A stretch of 64,000 nt of DNA from Candidatus Cryptobacteroides sp. (GCA_045655825.1 JAZOPY010000142.1:9922-73921), one strand, 5' to 3'; counted from the first letter of the stretch, positions 40,324 to 51,019 are shown. Notes: a model not told the origin generated them from the letters alone. Program-made: numbers and translations.

Positions 40324-42264
40324 ATGATATCTATTAATAATCTGACAGTTGCTTACGGAGGCTTTACTCTGCTGAATGAAATCAACTTTCATATCAGCGA
40401 GAGCGACAAGATAGGTCTTGTCGGTAAGAATGGTGCCGGAAAGTCCACCATTCTGAAGCTTATCTGTGGCCTGCAGAGTCCTACAAGTGGAAAGGTGGCC
40501 GTGCCGGGAGGGGTGAAGATCGGATATCTGCCTCAGATTATGGAGCATCATCGTGGCCGCAGCGTCATTGATGAGGCTATGACAGCGTTTGCCGATATGT
40601 TCGCATTGGAACACGAACTCGAGAAGATAACGCTGGAACTTGCTGAGCGTCAGGATTATGAGTCTGATGCATATCATGACCTGATCGTCAGGATGAATGA
40701 GATCAACGACCGCCTGGCATATAACAGGTCTGACAATCCTCAGATGCTTGCAGAAAGGACTCTTATGGGATTGGGATTCAAGTATGAGGAGCTCCAGAGG
40801 CCTACAGAGACATTCAGTCAGGGCTGGAACATGCGTATCGAGCTTGCAAAGATCCTCCTTTCAAAGCCTGACGTCCTTTTGCTTGACGAGCCGACAAACC
40901 ACCTTGATATAGAATCAATTGAATGGTTGGAAGGGTATCTGAAAGATTACAGAGGTTCGCTGGTGCTCATCTCGCATGACAGGAAGTTCCTTGACAATGT
41001 GACCAATAGAACCGTTGAGATCATGGTAGGACGCATCCATGATTACAAGGTGCCATATAGTAAATACTTGGAACTCAGGCGTGAACGTCTCGCCCAGCAG
41101 CAGGCTGCATACGAAAACCAGCAGAGAATGATTGAGAAGACCGAGGAGTTCATCGAGAAGTTCAGATATAAGCCGACCAAGTCCAATCAGGTGCAGTCGC
41201 GAGTAAAGCAGCTGGAGAAACTCGAGAGGATTGAAGTCGATATTGAAGACAGGTCGACTTTGGCTGTGAAATTTCCTCCAGCACCGCGTTCTGGAGACAT
41301 CGCATACAAGTCGGTGGACATGAAGGTCGGATATGGAGAGAAGGTTGTTTTCCAGGATGCTCAGATCGAGGTTCGCAGAGGTGAGAAGGTTGCCCTCGTA
41401 GGACGAAATGGAGAGGGTAAGACCACTCTTATGCGTGTGATAATGAATGAGTTGGATCCGATGGAAGGGGAGTCTAAGGTCGGATATAACGTCAATATAG
41501 GATACTACGCTCAGAATCAGGAAGATATCCTTGATAAGGAGGATACGGTGTTCGGCACTTTAGACCGCGTTGCTGTCGGTGATATCCGTCTGAAGCTTCG
41601 TGACATTCTTGGAGCGTTCCTCTTCAAGGGTGAGGATGTTGACAAGAAGGTGGCCGTGCTTAGCGGTGGAGAGCGTGCTCGCCTTGCCATGGCAAAGCTC
41701 ATCCTCAAGCCATACAACCTTCTGGCGCTCGACGAGCCTACAAACCACATGGATATCCGTTCGAAAGATATTCTCAAGCAGGCACTTAAGTCTTATGACG
41801 GTACCTTGATCATCGTGTCCCATGACCGTGATTTCCTTGATGGCCTCGTGGACAAGCTGTATGAGTTCCGCGACGGAAAGGTGAAGGAACATCTTGGAGG
41901 AGTTCAGGAATTCCTTGAGCGCAGGAAATTGGAGAATCTTTCTGAACTTGAAAGACACAACAAGGCGGCTGTTGTCGAGAAGCCTGTGGAGGTTGTTCAG
42001 AAGAAGGAAGAGGCCAAGCAGGAGTACCAGGCTAAGAAATTCCTATCTAAAGAGGAAAAGAAGATAAAGAACCGTATCTCATTCTTAGAGAAGAAGATAG
42101 AGGAGTATGAAGGAAAGATGGCTGAGATTGAGGCGAAGTTGGTGAATCCAGGCCCGAGTGATGATGTGATGGACTTGACGAGGGCTTATCTGGAGAATAA
42201 GAGGGAGCTGGACTACAAGATGGAAGAGTGGTCGGAGCTCAATGAAAAACTCGAAACACTATAA
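40324..42264 (+). CDS. ABC-F family ATPase
   Basis: Two Walker A motifs (GKNGAGKS, GRNGEGKT), two LDEPTNH, no TM, C-terminal coiled coil. Confidence 0.94.
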   Translation: MISINNLTVAYGGFTLLNEINFHISESDKIGLVGKNGAGKSTILKLICGLQSPTSGKVAVPGGVKIGYLPQIMEHHRGRSVIDEAMTAFADMFALEHELEKITLELAERQDYESDAYHDLIVRMNEINDRLAYNRSDNPQMLAERTLMGLGFKYEELQRPTETFSQGWNMRIELAKILLSKPDVLLLDEPTNHLDIESIEWLEGYLKDYRGSLVLISHDRKFLDNVTNRTVEIMVGRIHDYKVPYSKYLELRRERLAQQQAAYENQQRMIEKTEEFIEKFRYKPTKSNQVQSRVKQLEKLERIEVDIEDRSTLAVKFPPAPRSGDIAYKSVDMKVGYGEKVVFQDAQIEVRRGEKVALVGRNGEGKTTLMRVIMNELDPMEGESKVGYNVNIGYYAQNQEDILDKEDTVFGTLDRVAVGDIRLKLRDILGAFLFKGEDVDKKVAVLSGGERARLAMAKLILKPYNLLALDEPTNHMDIRSKDILKQALKSYDGTLIIVSHDRDFLDGLVDKLYEFRDGKVKEHLGGVQEFLERRKLENLSELERHNKAAVVEKPVEVVQKKEEAKQEYQAKKFLSKEEKKIKNRISFLEKKIEEYEGKMAEIEAKLVNPGPSDDVMDLTRAYLENKRELDYKMEEWSELNEKLETL

Positions 42265-42267
42265 TTT

Positions 42268-42366
42268 GTTGATGCCTGTGTGTTCCAGAGGCCCCCTCCC
42301 ACTTCGTGGGCCCCTCCCCCTACGCGGGGGTGCGAAAATGCCTCTTCCACACATCAGGCATACAAC
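42268..42366. repeat. Modular intergenic palindrome, copy B
   Basis: Outer arms GTTGATGCCTG..AGAGGC / GCCTCT..CAGGCATACAAC enclosing CCCAC-TTC-GTGGG and CCCCC-TACGC-GGGGG. Confidence 0.78.
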
Positions 42367-42410
42367 TAAATAATTTACACGAATTTGTCATTGACTAAAA
42401 TATAAACGCA

Positions 42411-43157
42411 ATGGAAGAACAGAAAATGCAATACTTGTTTGGAATGCATCCTGTGCTGGAGGCAGTCAAGGCTGGAAGGAAGTTTGACAAGGTCCTCCTG
42501 AAGCAAGGCCTTGAAGGTCCTCAGTTCAGAGAGTTGATGGAACTTCTCAAGGAAAATGATATCCAGTTCCAGTTTGTTCCTGCAGAGAGACTTAATAGGG
42601 CAGTGCGTGGCGCCCATCAGGGTGTGCTTGCGTATATCTCCCAGATAGATTACGTTGATATAGAGCAGCTTGTGAATAATGCTCTTGGCAGCAGTGAGAA
42701 TCCTCTTCTTGTGATTCTTGATGGAGTGAGTGATGTCCGTAATCTTGGAGCGATTGCCAGAAGTCTTGAATGTGCAGGCGGTCAGGGAATCATTGTGCCA
42801 GCCAAAGGTGGTGCAGCGATCAATGCTGATGCCGTCAAGGCCTCTGCCGGAGCATTGATGAGGATGGACACCTGCAAGGTTCCTAACCTGCGCGTTGCTG
42901 CTTATTACCTGCAGCAGAGCGGGTTCAAACTCATAGCTGCAACTGAGAAGACAGATAATCTTATATACGATGTGGACATGACCGGTCCTTGTGCGATCAT
43001 CATGGGCTCGGAAGGAAAGGGAATCTCTCAGGCAATGCTTGATCTGGCTGACGCCAAAGCTGCTATCCCAATGGCCGGCGAGATAACATCACTGAATGTT
43101 TCTGTCGCCTCTGCGATTCTTATGTATGAGGCTGTAAGACAACGTATTGGAAAATAA
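42411..43157 (+). CDS. rlmB: 23S rRNA Gm2251 methyltransferase
   Basis: HQGV, DVRNLGAIARS, GSEGKG, SLNVSVA SPOUT motifs. Confidence 0.93.
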   Translation: MEEQKMQYLFGMHPVLEAVKAGRKFDKVLLKQGLEGPQFRELMELLKENDIQFQFVPAERLNRAVRGAHQGVLAYISQIDYVDIEQLVNNALGSSENPLLVILDGVSDVRNLGAIARSLECAGGQGIIVPAKGGAAINADAVKASAGALMRMDTCKVPNLRVAAYYLQQSGFKLIAATEKTDNLIYDVDMTGPCAIIMGSEGKGISQAMLDLADAKAAIPMAGEITSLNVSVASAILMYEAVRQRIGK

Positions 43158-43176
43158 CCCATTAAATAATAATGCT

Positions 43177-44094
43177 ATGAAAAAGTCATTGGTTTTCATC
43201 ATTACATGCCTGTTGTTAGGCTCGGTAGCTTATGCGCAGCCGCAGAAATTGATAGAGAAGGACTTCGAAAAGTTCAATACAGTAAAGGTCGAGGATAACT
43301 TCGATGTAAAGCTCTTGAGTTCTGATCGATATTCAGTGCGCATCAATGTTGACGAAAGGATAGCCGCTCATGTACAGGCTTATGAAAAGAACGGAACTTT
43401 GTATCTGATCCTGGATGAAAAGGGTTATACAAAGGAGCTTAAGAAGCAGTTGAAGCAGAAGGGTGCAGCACAGCCTGTTCTTGAAGTTGAAGTTTATATG
43501 CCAGAGGTTAAGTCGTTAATATTCAGTGATGATGTTTTTGTTAGACATTGCGACGAAATCAGATCTGACAACTTTACCTTGACTGCTTCTGATGATGCAA
43601 AGATTCAGCAGCTCAGGATATCATGCTCTACTGCAGAACTTAATGTTTCCAGGAATGTCGAGCTTAATGCAGAGATGACAGTTGCGAGCAAGCTCTATCT
43701 TGAGGCGAAGAATTCGAGCAAGGTGTCCCTTACCCAGAACGGAGGAAATACATTCATGGAACTTGACGGATCTGCTTATGTCGACATGAAGTCGTCTGTA
43801 CAGGCTATTGAAGTTCTGGCTTCTTCTGGAGCGGAATCTCATATTTCCGGTACAGCGTCTGTGCTGACTGTGAATGCATCAGGACTTTCAAGGACAGATG
43901 CTGAACTTCTTGAGGTTAAGGAAGGTCAGATGACCCAGACAGGTTCTTCTAAATGCCATGTCAATGTCACTGAAAAGATGAAGGTGAACCTCACAGGTGG
44001 CTGTATGCTTACATTCAAGCGGGCTCCGTCGATTGAGGTTGAGAGAATCGTGAATTCTACTCTCATCAAGGCTGACGATCCAAAGAGAAAGTAA
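43177..44094 (+). CDS. DUF2807 (GIN) beta-solenoid secreted protein
   Basis: Signal peptide; repeated A/S-G-S strands. Confidence 0.78.
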   Translation: MKKSLVFIITCLLLGSVAYAQPQKLIEKDFEKFNTVKVEDNFDVKLLSSDRYSVRINVDERIAAHVQAYEKNGTLYLILDEKGYTKELKKQLKQKGAAQPVLEVEVYMPEVKSLIFSDDVFVRHCDEIRSDNFTLTASDDAKIQQLRISCSTAELNVSRNVELNAEMTVASKLYLEAKNSSKVSLTQNGGNTFMELDGSAYVDMKSSVQAIEVLASSGAESHISGTASVLTVNASGLSRTDAELLEVKEGQMTQTGSSKCHVNVTEKMKVNLTGGCMLTFKRAPSIEVERIVNSTLIKADDPKRK

Positions 44095-45155
44095 TGTTTC
44101 TGCTTGATTCTCATTGTGATACACCGTCGCAGATCCTTCGTCTGAGGGATCTGGCGGTAGATAATGAATATGCACACGTCGACTTCCCCAAGCTCCGCAG
44201 AGGGGGAGTCGACGGTGCTTTTTTCGCCCTCTACACACCGGCTTCACTATCTGAGACTGAGTCTTATGTATATGCTTCGAAGCTTTTGAGCGGTGTCCGC
44301 AGTGTGTTGAAGTTTCATAAAGACAAGGCCAGGTTGGCTACATGCCGTTCAGAGGCATACAAGAATCAGTCTGACGGTTTGTTTTCAATATTCCTTGGAT
44401 TGGAGAATGGAGCTGCTATAGGTGAAAGTCTTGACCGTCTGTATGAATTCTATGATGCTGGAGTGCGATATGTGACCTTGTGTCATTCCCGTGACAATCA
44501 GATCTGCGATTCCTGCGCTCAGGGCGGCACATGGAAAGGTCTGAGCCCTTTTGGAAAGGAGCTGGTAAGGCACATGAACCGCATGGGGATGCTGGTGGAT
44601 GTGTCTCATATTTCCGATAATTCGTTCTATGACGTGTTGGCGACTTCTTCACGTCCGGTAGTAGCCACGCATTCCTGCTGCAGGGCTTTGTGTGATCATC
44701 CTCGCAACATGACGGATGACATGATCCGCGAGCTTGCTGCTGCAGGGGGAGTCATTCAGATCAATTTCTATCCGTTGTTTCTTGACGGTGGCTTTAAGTC
44801 TGTATTGGAGGCGTCCGGAATAATGGAAGAAGGGGAACGCATTGAGGCTGAATTCATTGCGGACCCTGCGAGCTCAAAGAAGAGAGCGGCGTGGAACAGG
44901 GTCCAGGATCAGTTGACGGCCCTTGCGCGTCCGTCGTTCAGACTGATTGCAGATCATATCGATCGTGTGGTAGAACTAGTCGGTATTGATCATGTCGGCA
45001 TAGGATCCGACTACGACGGCATCGAAGTAACCCCGTTTGGTATGGAGGACATTTCCAAGATGCCTCTTCTGTTTGAGGAATTACGCTCCCGCGGCTACTC
45101 TGAGTCAGACCTCTCCAAAATCGCCTCTGAAAACTTCTTCCGCATTCTGGGCTAA
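44094..45155 (+). CDS. Membrane dipeptidase (peptidase M19)
   Basis: DSHCDT, LGLENG, DVSH, THS, HPRN, GSDYDG. Confidence 0.93.
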   Translation: MFLLDSHCDTPSQILRLRDLAVDNEYAHVDFPKLRRGGVDGAFFALYTPASLSETESYVYASKLLSGVRSVLKFHKDKARLATCRSEAYKNQSDGLFSIFLGLENGAAIGESLDRLYEFYDAGVRYVTLCHSRDNQICDSCAQGGTWKGLSPFGKELVRHMNRMGMLVDVSHISDNSFYDVLATSSRPVVATHSCCRALCDHPRNMTDDMIRELAAAGGVIQINFYPLFLDGGFKSVLEASGIMEEGERIEAEFIADPASSKKRAAWNRVQDQLTALARPSFRLIADHIDRVVELVGIDHVGIGSDYDGIEVTPFGMEDISKMPLLFEELRSRGYSESDLSKIASENFFRILG

Positions 45156-45229
45156 AGTTCTATATAAAGAGGCCATTTAACCATAATTACTGCGTTGGAA
45201 AAGTTTTCAGCCGAGTAAGAGGGGGAGGA

Positions 45230-46141
45230 TCAGTGGTGCTTGCGGGTGTTCTGGTGCATTACGACTACTGTGACGGCGATCAGGATGAGGGTGATGCCGA
45301 TCAATGACCTTAAGTACAGGTGTTCGTTCAGGAATGCTACTCCGAGAATCACTGCCGTAACTGGTTGAAGGGCTCCTAGGATTGAAGTTAGAGTCGGGCC
45401 TATCCTTCGAACTGCTTTAACGCCTGTGAAGTTTGAGACCATTGTTGACCATAACGCCAGGCCAAGAACATATAGCCAGCTCTTGCCGTCAGGAATCATG
45501 CTCAGACTGCCTTCGAAGACAAGGGCGCATATAATGAAGTATACAGCGCTAAGGAGCATGACCCATGTAGTGAACTTCACGACTTCTATCTTATCAGCTC
45601 GCAGTCTTTTCATCAATATGTAGTAGGCTGCAAAGCTTACGGCAGAGATGAGTGAACAGATCAGTCCCAGGGTGGTGTCTCCGCCAGGGACAACAAGGCT
45701 GTCGCCTGAAGCCAGCAGATAGACTCCAAAAATTGATACAACGATAGCTCCAATATCAATAAGTGATTTGTGTTCTCCGAAGAAGAACATCATGCAGAGG
45801 GCAACTATCACCGGATACATGAAATTTATCGTAGAAGCAATACCGCTTGATATGTTTGCATATCCGATGAGAAGCGTTACGGAGGTTATAGCTCGCAGGG
45901 CACTAAGGAGAATTATCTTCCATGTCTCGTCCCAAGAGTTGGGGAGAAGAGTCTTCTTTTTGCAAAAAGCATATATCATCAGGACTATTCCTGCGATGCC
46001 CCAACGATAGGAAAGTATGTCAAAATTAGTAAGCCCTACTGCTATTAATCCAAGGCTGAAAAGGGGGGAGAATCCGAATGATGCAGAAGATAGAATGGCA
46101 TAAAATATACCATTCAACCTGATTCGTTTCTTCTTTTTCAT
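45230..46141 (-). CDS. EamA/DMT-family transporter
   Basis: About 10 TM in two repeats, SGIASTINFMYP, IGPTLTSILGALQP. Confidence 0.9.
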   Translation of the reverse strand: MKKKKRIRLNGIFYAILSSASFGFSPLFSLGLIAVGLTNFDILSYRWGIAGIVLMIYAFCKKKTLLPNSWDETWKIILLSALRAITSVTLLIGYANISSGIASTINFMYPVIVALCMMFFFGEHKSLIDIGAIVVSIFGVYLLASGDSLVVPGGDTTLGLICSLISAVSFAAYYILMKRLRADKIEVVKFTTWVMLLSAVYFIICALVFEGSLSMIPDGKSWLYVLGLALWSTMVSNFTGVKAVRRIGPTLTSILGALQPVTAVILGVAFLNEHLYLRSLIGITLILIAVTVVVMHQNTRKHH

Positions 46142-46294
46142 GTATTTTACATCATGTGGATTCATAATTCTCGAAATTTTACAAAAACCTAATAATCAAT
46201 AACTTAGCTAATTTATAAATGTTTCTTATTGTTTACAAGATGCAAGTAACAAAAATGTTTCTACTATAAACAAAAATGTTTTACTTATTGATAT

Positions 46295-47569
46295 TTAGTT
46301 ATTTAACTCGTTAACAATAGTTGCCCTCAGTAAATTGAGTGCATTGGCCGCAAATCGCTCAATGTTGCGTGATCTGTCACCTTTGAACTGCATCCGATAG
46401 GTCTTTGTACCCACGACCGAACTGACTCCGATCCATACAGTGCCCACCGGTTTAGCTTCACTTCCTCCTCCTGGGCCGGCTATTCCTGATGTCGCGACAG
46501 AGAAGTCGCTGCCTGTGATTCTGCGGACTCCTTCTGCCATTGCAGCCACACATTCGCTGCTTACAGCACCGTGTTTCTCAATAATTTCAGCCGGTACTCC
46601 AAGTACTCCGTTCTTGACACTATTCGCATACGAGGTTACAGAACCGAGGAAATACTCGGATGAGCCCGGAACTGAGGTAAACAAAGCAGCAATGGTACCT
46701 CCTGTACATGATTCTGCTGCGCTGACAGTCTTTCCGTTTGCGGCCAGCAGACGTCCGATGCACTCCTGAAGTGTGTCATCCTGCTCAGAGTATAGATTAT
46801 CGCCTAAAAGGGGCCTTAAACGGGCTAATTCGGCCTCAATACGGGCCTCTTCCTCCTCGCGTATGCCTCCATATATGGAAAGTCTTAAACGGACCCCTGT
46901 GAGGGCATTGGGAAGATAGGCCAGGTGCATGTCTTCGGGCAGACTGTCCTCCCATGGCTCAATGAGTTTGGAGAGAGCAGACTCTGCAATGCCGAATGTC
47001 ATGACAGTCCTGTGGTAAATGTCTGATATTGAATAGCTTGACCTGATATCTTCAAGTATGTCATTCAGTGCGCCGATAGCCTCGAATGGTACGCCGGGAA
47101 GGGCATATAATGTCGCTTTATGACCAAAACGCTCCTCAGGGAAGTCGAATACCATTATTGGTGCTGTGCCCAATTTGTTTGGAATAACCTTGCAAGTGTC
47201 TGGAACAGAGGCTTGTGCGATATTGATATTCAAAAGGTCAAGCCCGCGTGAACTGAGGATCCTGCGTATGATCTCCAGCTGCGCTTCATCAGTCCTGTAG
47301 CCCTTGGAGCCGGAAAGTTCGGCAAGCGATGCCTTGGTAATATCGTCTTTTGTCGGGCCAAGGCCGCCTGTAACGACGACAATATTGTTTTTACGTAACT
47401 CACCTTCAAGACCGCCGATGATAGCCTCGTGTTCATCTCCTATGGACAGCATGCTTGTCACCTTGATACCCAATGAGTTAAGGGCTCTTGAGATATGTGC
47501 TGAGTTGGTGTCGGTGATTTGTCCGATGAGGATTTCATCGCCAATTGTACATATTGAAGCTGTTGTCAT
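46295..47569 (-). CDS. cinA: CinA/PncC family (MoCF-like domain plus NMN deamidase)
   Basis: IGDEILIGQITDTN, TGGLGPTKDD, AESCTGG, SGIAGPGGG. Confidence 0.93.
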   Translation of the reverse strand: MTTASICTIGDEILIGQITDTNSAHISRALNSLGIKVTSMLSIGDEHEAIIGGLEGELRKNNIVVVTGGLGPTKDDITKASLAELSGSKGYRTDEAQLEIIRRILSSRGLDLLNINIAQASVPDTCKVIPNKLGTAPIMVFDFPEERFGHKATLYALPGVPFEAIGALNDILEDIRSSYSISDIYHRTVMTFGIAESALSKLIEPWEDSLPEDMHLAYLPNALTGVRLRLSIYGGIREEEEARIEAELARLRPLLGDNLYSEQDDTLQECIGRLLAANGKTVSAAESCTGGTIAALFTSVPGSSEYFLGSVTSYANSVKNGVLGVPAEIIEKHGAVSSECVAAMAEGVRRITGSDFSVATSGIAGPGGGSEAKPVGTVWIGVSSVVGTKTYRMQFKGDRSRNIERFAANALNLLRATIVNELNN

Positions 47570-47570
47570 T

Positions 47571-48626
47571 TTATTCCTGCTGTGTCTTGTTTGTCTGCTC
47601 TTTCTCGAAATGCTTGATGATCTTCTTGACAAGTGCCGGACCTTCATAAACGAATCCAGAGTAAATCTCTACAAGAGATGCGCCAGCATCAATCATGTCC
47701 TGTGCGTCAGCTCCTGACATGATTCCGCCGACTCCGATTATCGGCAGCTTGCCCTCTGACTTTGTGTGAATATATCTTACAAGCTCCACGTTCTTATGAT
47801 GAACAGGGGCTCCAGACATGCCTCCGTTGCCGATTTTATCTATTTTTGCCTGATCAATGGTAAGGCCTTCACGGCTTCTTGTGGTGTTGCCGGCTACAAT
47901 ACCGTCGATTCCTGAGCGAAGGCAATAGTCTATGATGTCGTCAAGCTGCTCCCTTGAAAGATCAGGAGAGACCTTGAGCAGGATCGGTCTGTATGTGTCG
48001 AAATATCTTCTCAAATCCAGGAGTCTGTCTACGATATCTGAAAGGAATGATATATCCTGTAATGATGTGAGTCCCACCACATTAGGACAAGAAACGTTGA
48101 CCACAAACATATCGACGAAGTCGTAAAGAAGGCCGAATGCCTGTTCGTAGTCTTTTGCTGCGTCGTCATTGATGCTGCTTGTGTTTTTAGAGATGTTTGC
48201 TGCTACGATGACGTTAGGACGCTCCTTCTTGAGGTGTTCTACTGCATTCTTGACACCCTTGTTGTTGATACCGAAGCGGTTGATGATTGCCTTGTCCGCA
48301 GGCACTCTGAAGCATCTAGGCTTAGGATTTCCGTCCTGTGGCTGAGGAGTTAATGAGCCGATCTCGACAAATCCAAAGCCGAAATTCGCCATATCGTTGT
48401 AGAATTCACCGTTCTTGTCCAGGCCTCCAGCCAGTCCGACCGGGTTCGGGAACTTGATACCGAAGACTTCCTTTTCAAGAGACGGAGACTTACGCTTGTA
48501 TAATGCTCTCATTATTGAACGTGCGAAAGGTACATAGCGCATGAATTTCAGGGTAGAGAAGATCATGTTATGGGCAGTCTCCGGATTGAAGCAGAACAAT
48601 ATCGGCTTAAGAATATGCTTATACAT
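47571..48626 (-). CDS. pyrD: Quinone-dependent dihydroorotate dehydrogenase
   Basis: NPVGLAGGLDK, INRFGINN, NVSCPN, LLKVSPD, GGMSG. Confidence 0.95.
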   Translation of the reverse strand: MYKHILKPILFCFNPETAHNMIFSTLKFMRYVPFARSIMRALYKRKSPSLEKEVFGIKFPNPVGLAGGLDKNGEFYNDMANFGFGFVEIGSLTPQPQDGNPKPRCFRVPADKAIINRFGINNKGVKNAVEHLKKERPNVIVAANISKNTSSINDDAAKDYEQAFGLLYDFVDMFVVNVSCPNVVGLTSLQDISFLSDIVDRLLDLRRYFDTYRPILLKVSPDLSREQLDDIIDYCLRSGIDGIVAGNTTRSREGLTIDQAKIDKIGNGGMSGAPVHHKNVELVRYIHTKSEGKLPIIGVGGIMSGADAQDMIDAGASLVEIYSGFVYEGPALVKKIIKHFEKEQTNKTQQE

Positions 48627-48666
48627 AGTTGTCAAAAATTTTAGATGCTAAACATACAAAGATAAT

Positions 48667-48694
48667 AAAAAAATGCACTGCATTGCAGCGCATT
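48667..48694 (-). terminator. Intrinsic terminator after the HTH gene
   Basis: Minus strand AATGCGCTGCAATGCAGTGCATT followed by a T run. Confidence 0.6.
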
Positions 48695-48716
48695 CGTATT
48701 AATGTGTGGAATTTGA

Positions 48717-49187
48717 TTACATTTCCTGAAATGTACCATCGTCAAACATTATTATAATTTTAGATACATTTCTCTGTTTTACAATAGTTTGAGTAACTTG
48801 TTTTAAAGTGTTGATTTCAGTCGACGTTTGCGCAGGGGAGTCAATTGCAGGCATTTGTGTGGCAATATTGGATTCTGGAGCAGGTTCAAATGACTCCTCC
48901 AGATCGTAATCATTAAAGAGCAGGTCTGAAGGAATATGATCCGGTTCAGGAGCAGGGGACATGACAGGAGCCGAGGCATCCTTATACATTCTGCCCTTGC
49001 CGAGCATCAGCCATTCCATATTCAGGTGAGGGTAGGAAAGCATTATAGCGCGCATGAATTCGTAGCTTGGGTTATTGCGTCCCGATAGAACGTGAGATAC
49101 GCTCGCACGTACAACCTTTATTGTGTCTGCGAATTGCGACTGAGAGATATTTTCAGCTGCCAGGAACTGCTTAAGTCTAGTGTTCAT
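48717..49187 (-). CDS. XRE-family helix-turn-helix protein
   Basis: SQSQFADTI...SVSHVLSGRNNPS, EWLMLGKG, C-terminal KIIIMFDDGTF. Confidence 0.9.
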   Translation of the reverse strand: MNTRLKQFLAAENISQSQFADTIKVVRASVSHVLSGRNNPSYEFMRAIMLSYPHLNMEWLMLGKGRMYKDASAPVMSPAPEPDHIPSDLLFNDYDLEESFEPAPESNIATQMPAIDSPAQTSTEINTLKQVTQTIVKQRNVSKIIIMFDDGTFQEM

Positions 49188-49740
49188 AAATGTAATGTTT
49201 GATGTTACAAAAGTAACGATAATTTTTTACACATGCAAGTTAGTCTGCTGTTAAATTTTGTAACGGGGAGGGGAGTCAGCAAGAGTTTCAATACTATGTA
49301 ATACTTTATATGATTATATGTAAATAACTGATTAATCGTATATTATATAATGAAATCATCTATATTTATGCCGTAAAAAGGCAAAAATAGCCGATTTTAG
49401 CCACGGTTACCTAAATAATATTATGCCCTACTTGCAATAATAGTATGTAATTATACTGATTATTAATAAGTTATAATAAGTGAAAATACGTAATAAGTTT
49501 TATTTATGTTACAATAATTAAGATTACAAAAATTTACATACAAAGATGTAATAACGGCTTAAAAATTTACAAATGTATAGATGTAAACAAATAAATGTAA
49601 TCAAATTTTGTAAACAACATTTGTAAACAGGACAATCTTGTATCACAACCAGCAATGAGTCAGAGTAAATTTTCAGATACCGTGAGAAATGTATATTTTT
49701 GTAGAAAATATACACAGTTAGGAAAAACAAGATTCTCAGA
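49188..49740. promoter_or_regulatory. AT-rich divergent region with an array of TGTAA/TTACA motifs
   Basis: 16 exact pentamer copies between 49191 and 49626; -7 promoter TACTTTTG on minus at 49208-49215. Confidence 0.7.
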
Positions 49741-50949
49741 ATGATACCTGAAATACATATAGAAGACTATAACTACCCTCTTCCTGATGAGAGGATTGCC
49801 AAGTATCCGCTTTCTCAGAGGGATTCATCTAAACTTCTTTGCTACAAGGAAGGAGAAGTAACTGAAAACAGATTTGCAGATCTTCCTGCGTTACTGCCCT
49901 CAGACCATCTTATGGTGTTCAATGACACTAAAGTTGTACCTGCCCGATTGCATTTTCAGCGTCCCACAGGTGCCCATATCGAGATATTCTGTCTTGAGCC
50001 TATACTTCCTGAGGAATATGTGAGCATGTTTGCGGTGACTGAAAGATGCCGCTGGAAGTGTATCGTGGGCAATGTGAAAAGATGGAAGGATGATCTTCTG
50101 CATCTTTATAATCCAGATCAGGATCATGAGGTAGAGGAAATGGGATTGAAGGCTGCCTTGATAGAACGCCAGGGCGAAACATCCATCGTGGAATTCACCT
50201 GGACTGACGGATCTCCTTTCTCAAGGGTTCTGGAGGTGTGCGGCAACATACCTATTCCTCCATATCTAAACAGGGACACGGAAAGCATTGATCTGGAGCG
50301 ATATCAGACCCTTTACGCAAAATACCGCGGCTCTGTCGCTGCGCCTACTGCCGGCCTTCACTTTACTGAAGCGGTGATGGAGGCGATAAAGGCCAAGAAT
50401 ATAGAGATTCAGACCGTATGTCTTCATGTCGGCGCCGGCACCTTCCTACCAGTAAAGAGTTCTCTGGTGTCTGAACATACCATGCACCGCGAGCCTTTTG
50501 TGGTAACCGTAGATTTCCTAAGGAAGCTACGTGAAAGACTTGGACGTGTCATAGCAGTCGGAACTACCTCGGTAAGAACTTTGGAGTCGCTATATTATAT
50601 AGGTATCAGTTGTATTGAGACAGGTGAGCCGAAGGATGTCGATCAGTGGGATCCATATTCCCGCTCATACGAATATACCGTTTCTGAAGCCCTTCAGGCG
50701 CTGATTGATTATATGGATTCACGTCAGATGAAGAGCCTGCAGATCGGCACCAGAATCATCATCGTTCCGGGATATGAGTTCAAGGTGGTGAATGTCCTTG
50801 TGACCAACTTCCACCAGCCTCAGAGCACTCTCCTGCTGCTTATTTCTGCTTTTGTGAAAGGGGATTGGCACCGCATATATGACTTTGCTTTAGCCAATGA
50901 CTTCCGTTTCCTCAGTTATGGCGACAGCTCTGTATTGTTCCGAAGGTAG
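49741..50949 (+). CDS. queA: SAM:tRNA ribosyltransferase-isomerase
   Basis: FNDTKVVPARL, PIPPY, GSVAAPTAGLHF, TNFHQP, FLSYGD. Confidence 0.96.
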   Translation: MIPEIHIEDYNYPLPDERIAKYPLSQRDSSKLLCYKEGEVTENRFADLPALLPSDHLMVFNDTKVVPARLHFQRPTGAHIEIFCLEPILPEEYVSMFAVTERCRWKCIVGNVKRWKDDLLHLYNPDQDHEVEEMGLKAALIERQGETSIVEFTWTDGSPFSRVLEVCGNIPIPPYLNRDTESIDLERYQTLYAKYRGSVAAPTAGLHFTEAVMEAIKAKNIEIQTVCLHVGAGTFLPVKSSLVSEHTMHREPFVVTVDFLRKLRERLGRVIAVGTTSVRTLESLYYIGISCIETGEPKDVDQWDPYSRSYEYTVSEALQALIDYMDSRQMKSLQIGTRIIIVPGYEFKVVNVLVTNFHQPQSTLLLLISAFVKGDWHRIYDFALANDFRFLSYGDSSVLFRR

Positions 50950-51019
50950 AGAGGTGTTTGATTTATTGCATTTGTTTTCATATATTTGCATATTATACTA
51001 AACCAAACCGTAATAACCT

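Noticed and set aside
49524-49730. 68-aa minus ORF
   Set aside because: Low-complexity translation of the AT-rich motif array
49188-49740. Firm oriC call
   Set aside because: No canonical DnaA boxes and no visible strand-bias switch; kept only as a hypothesis
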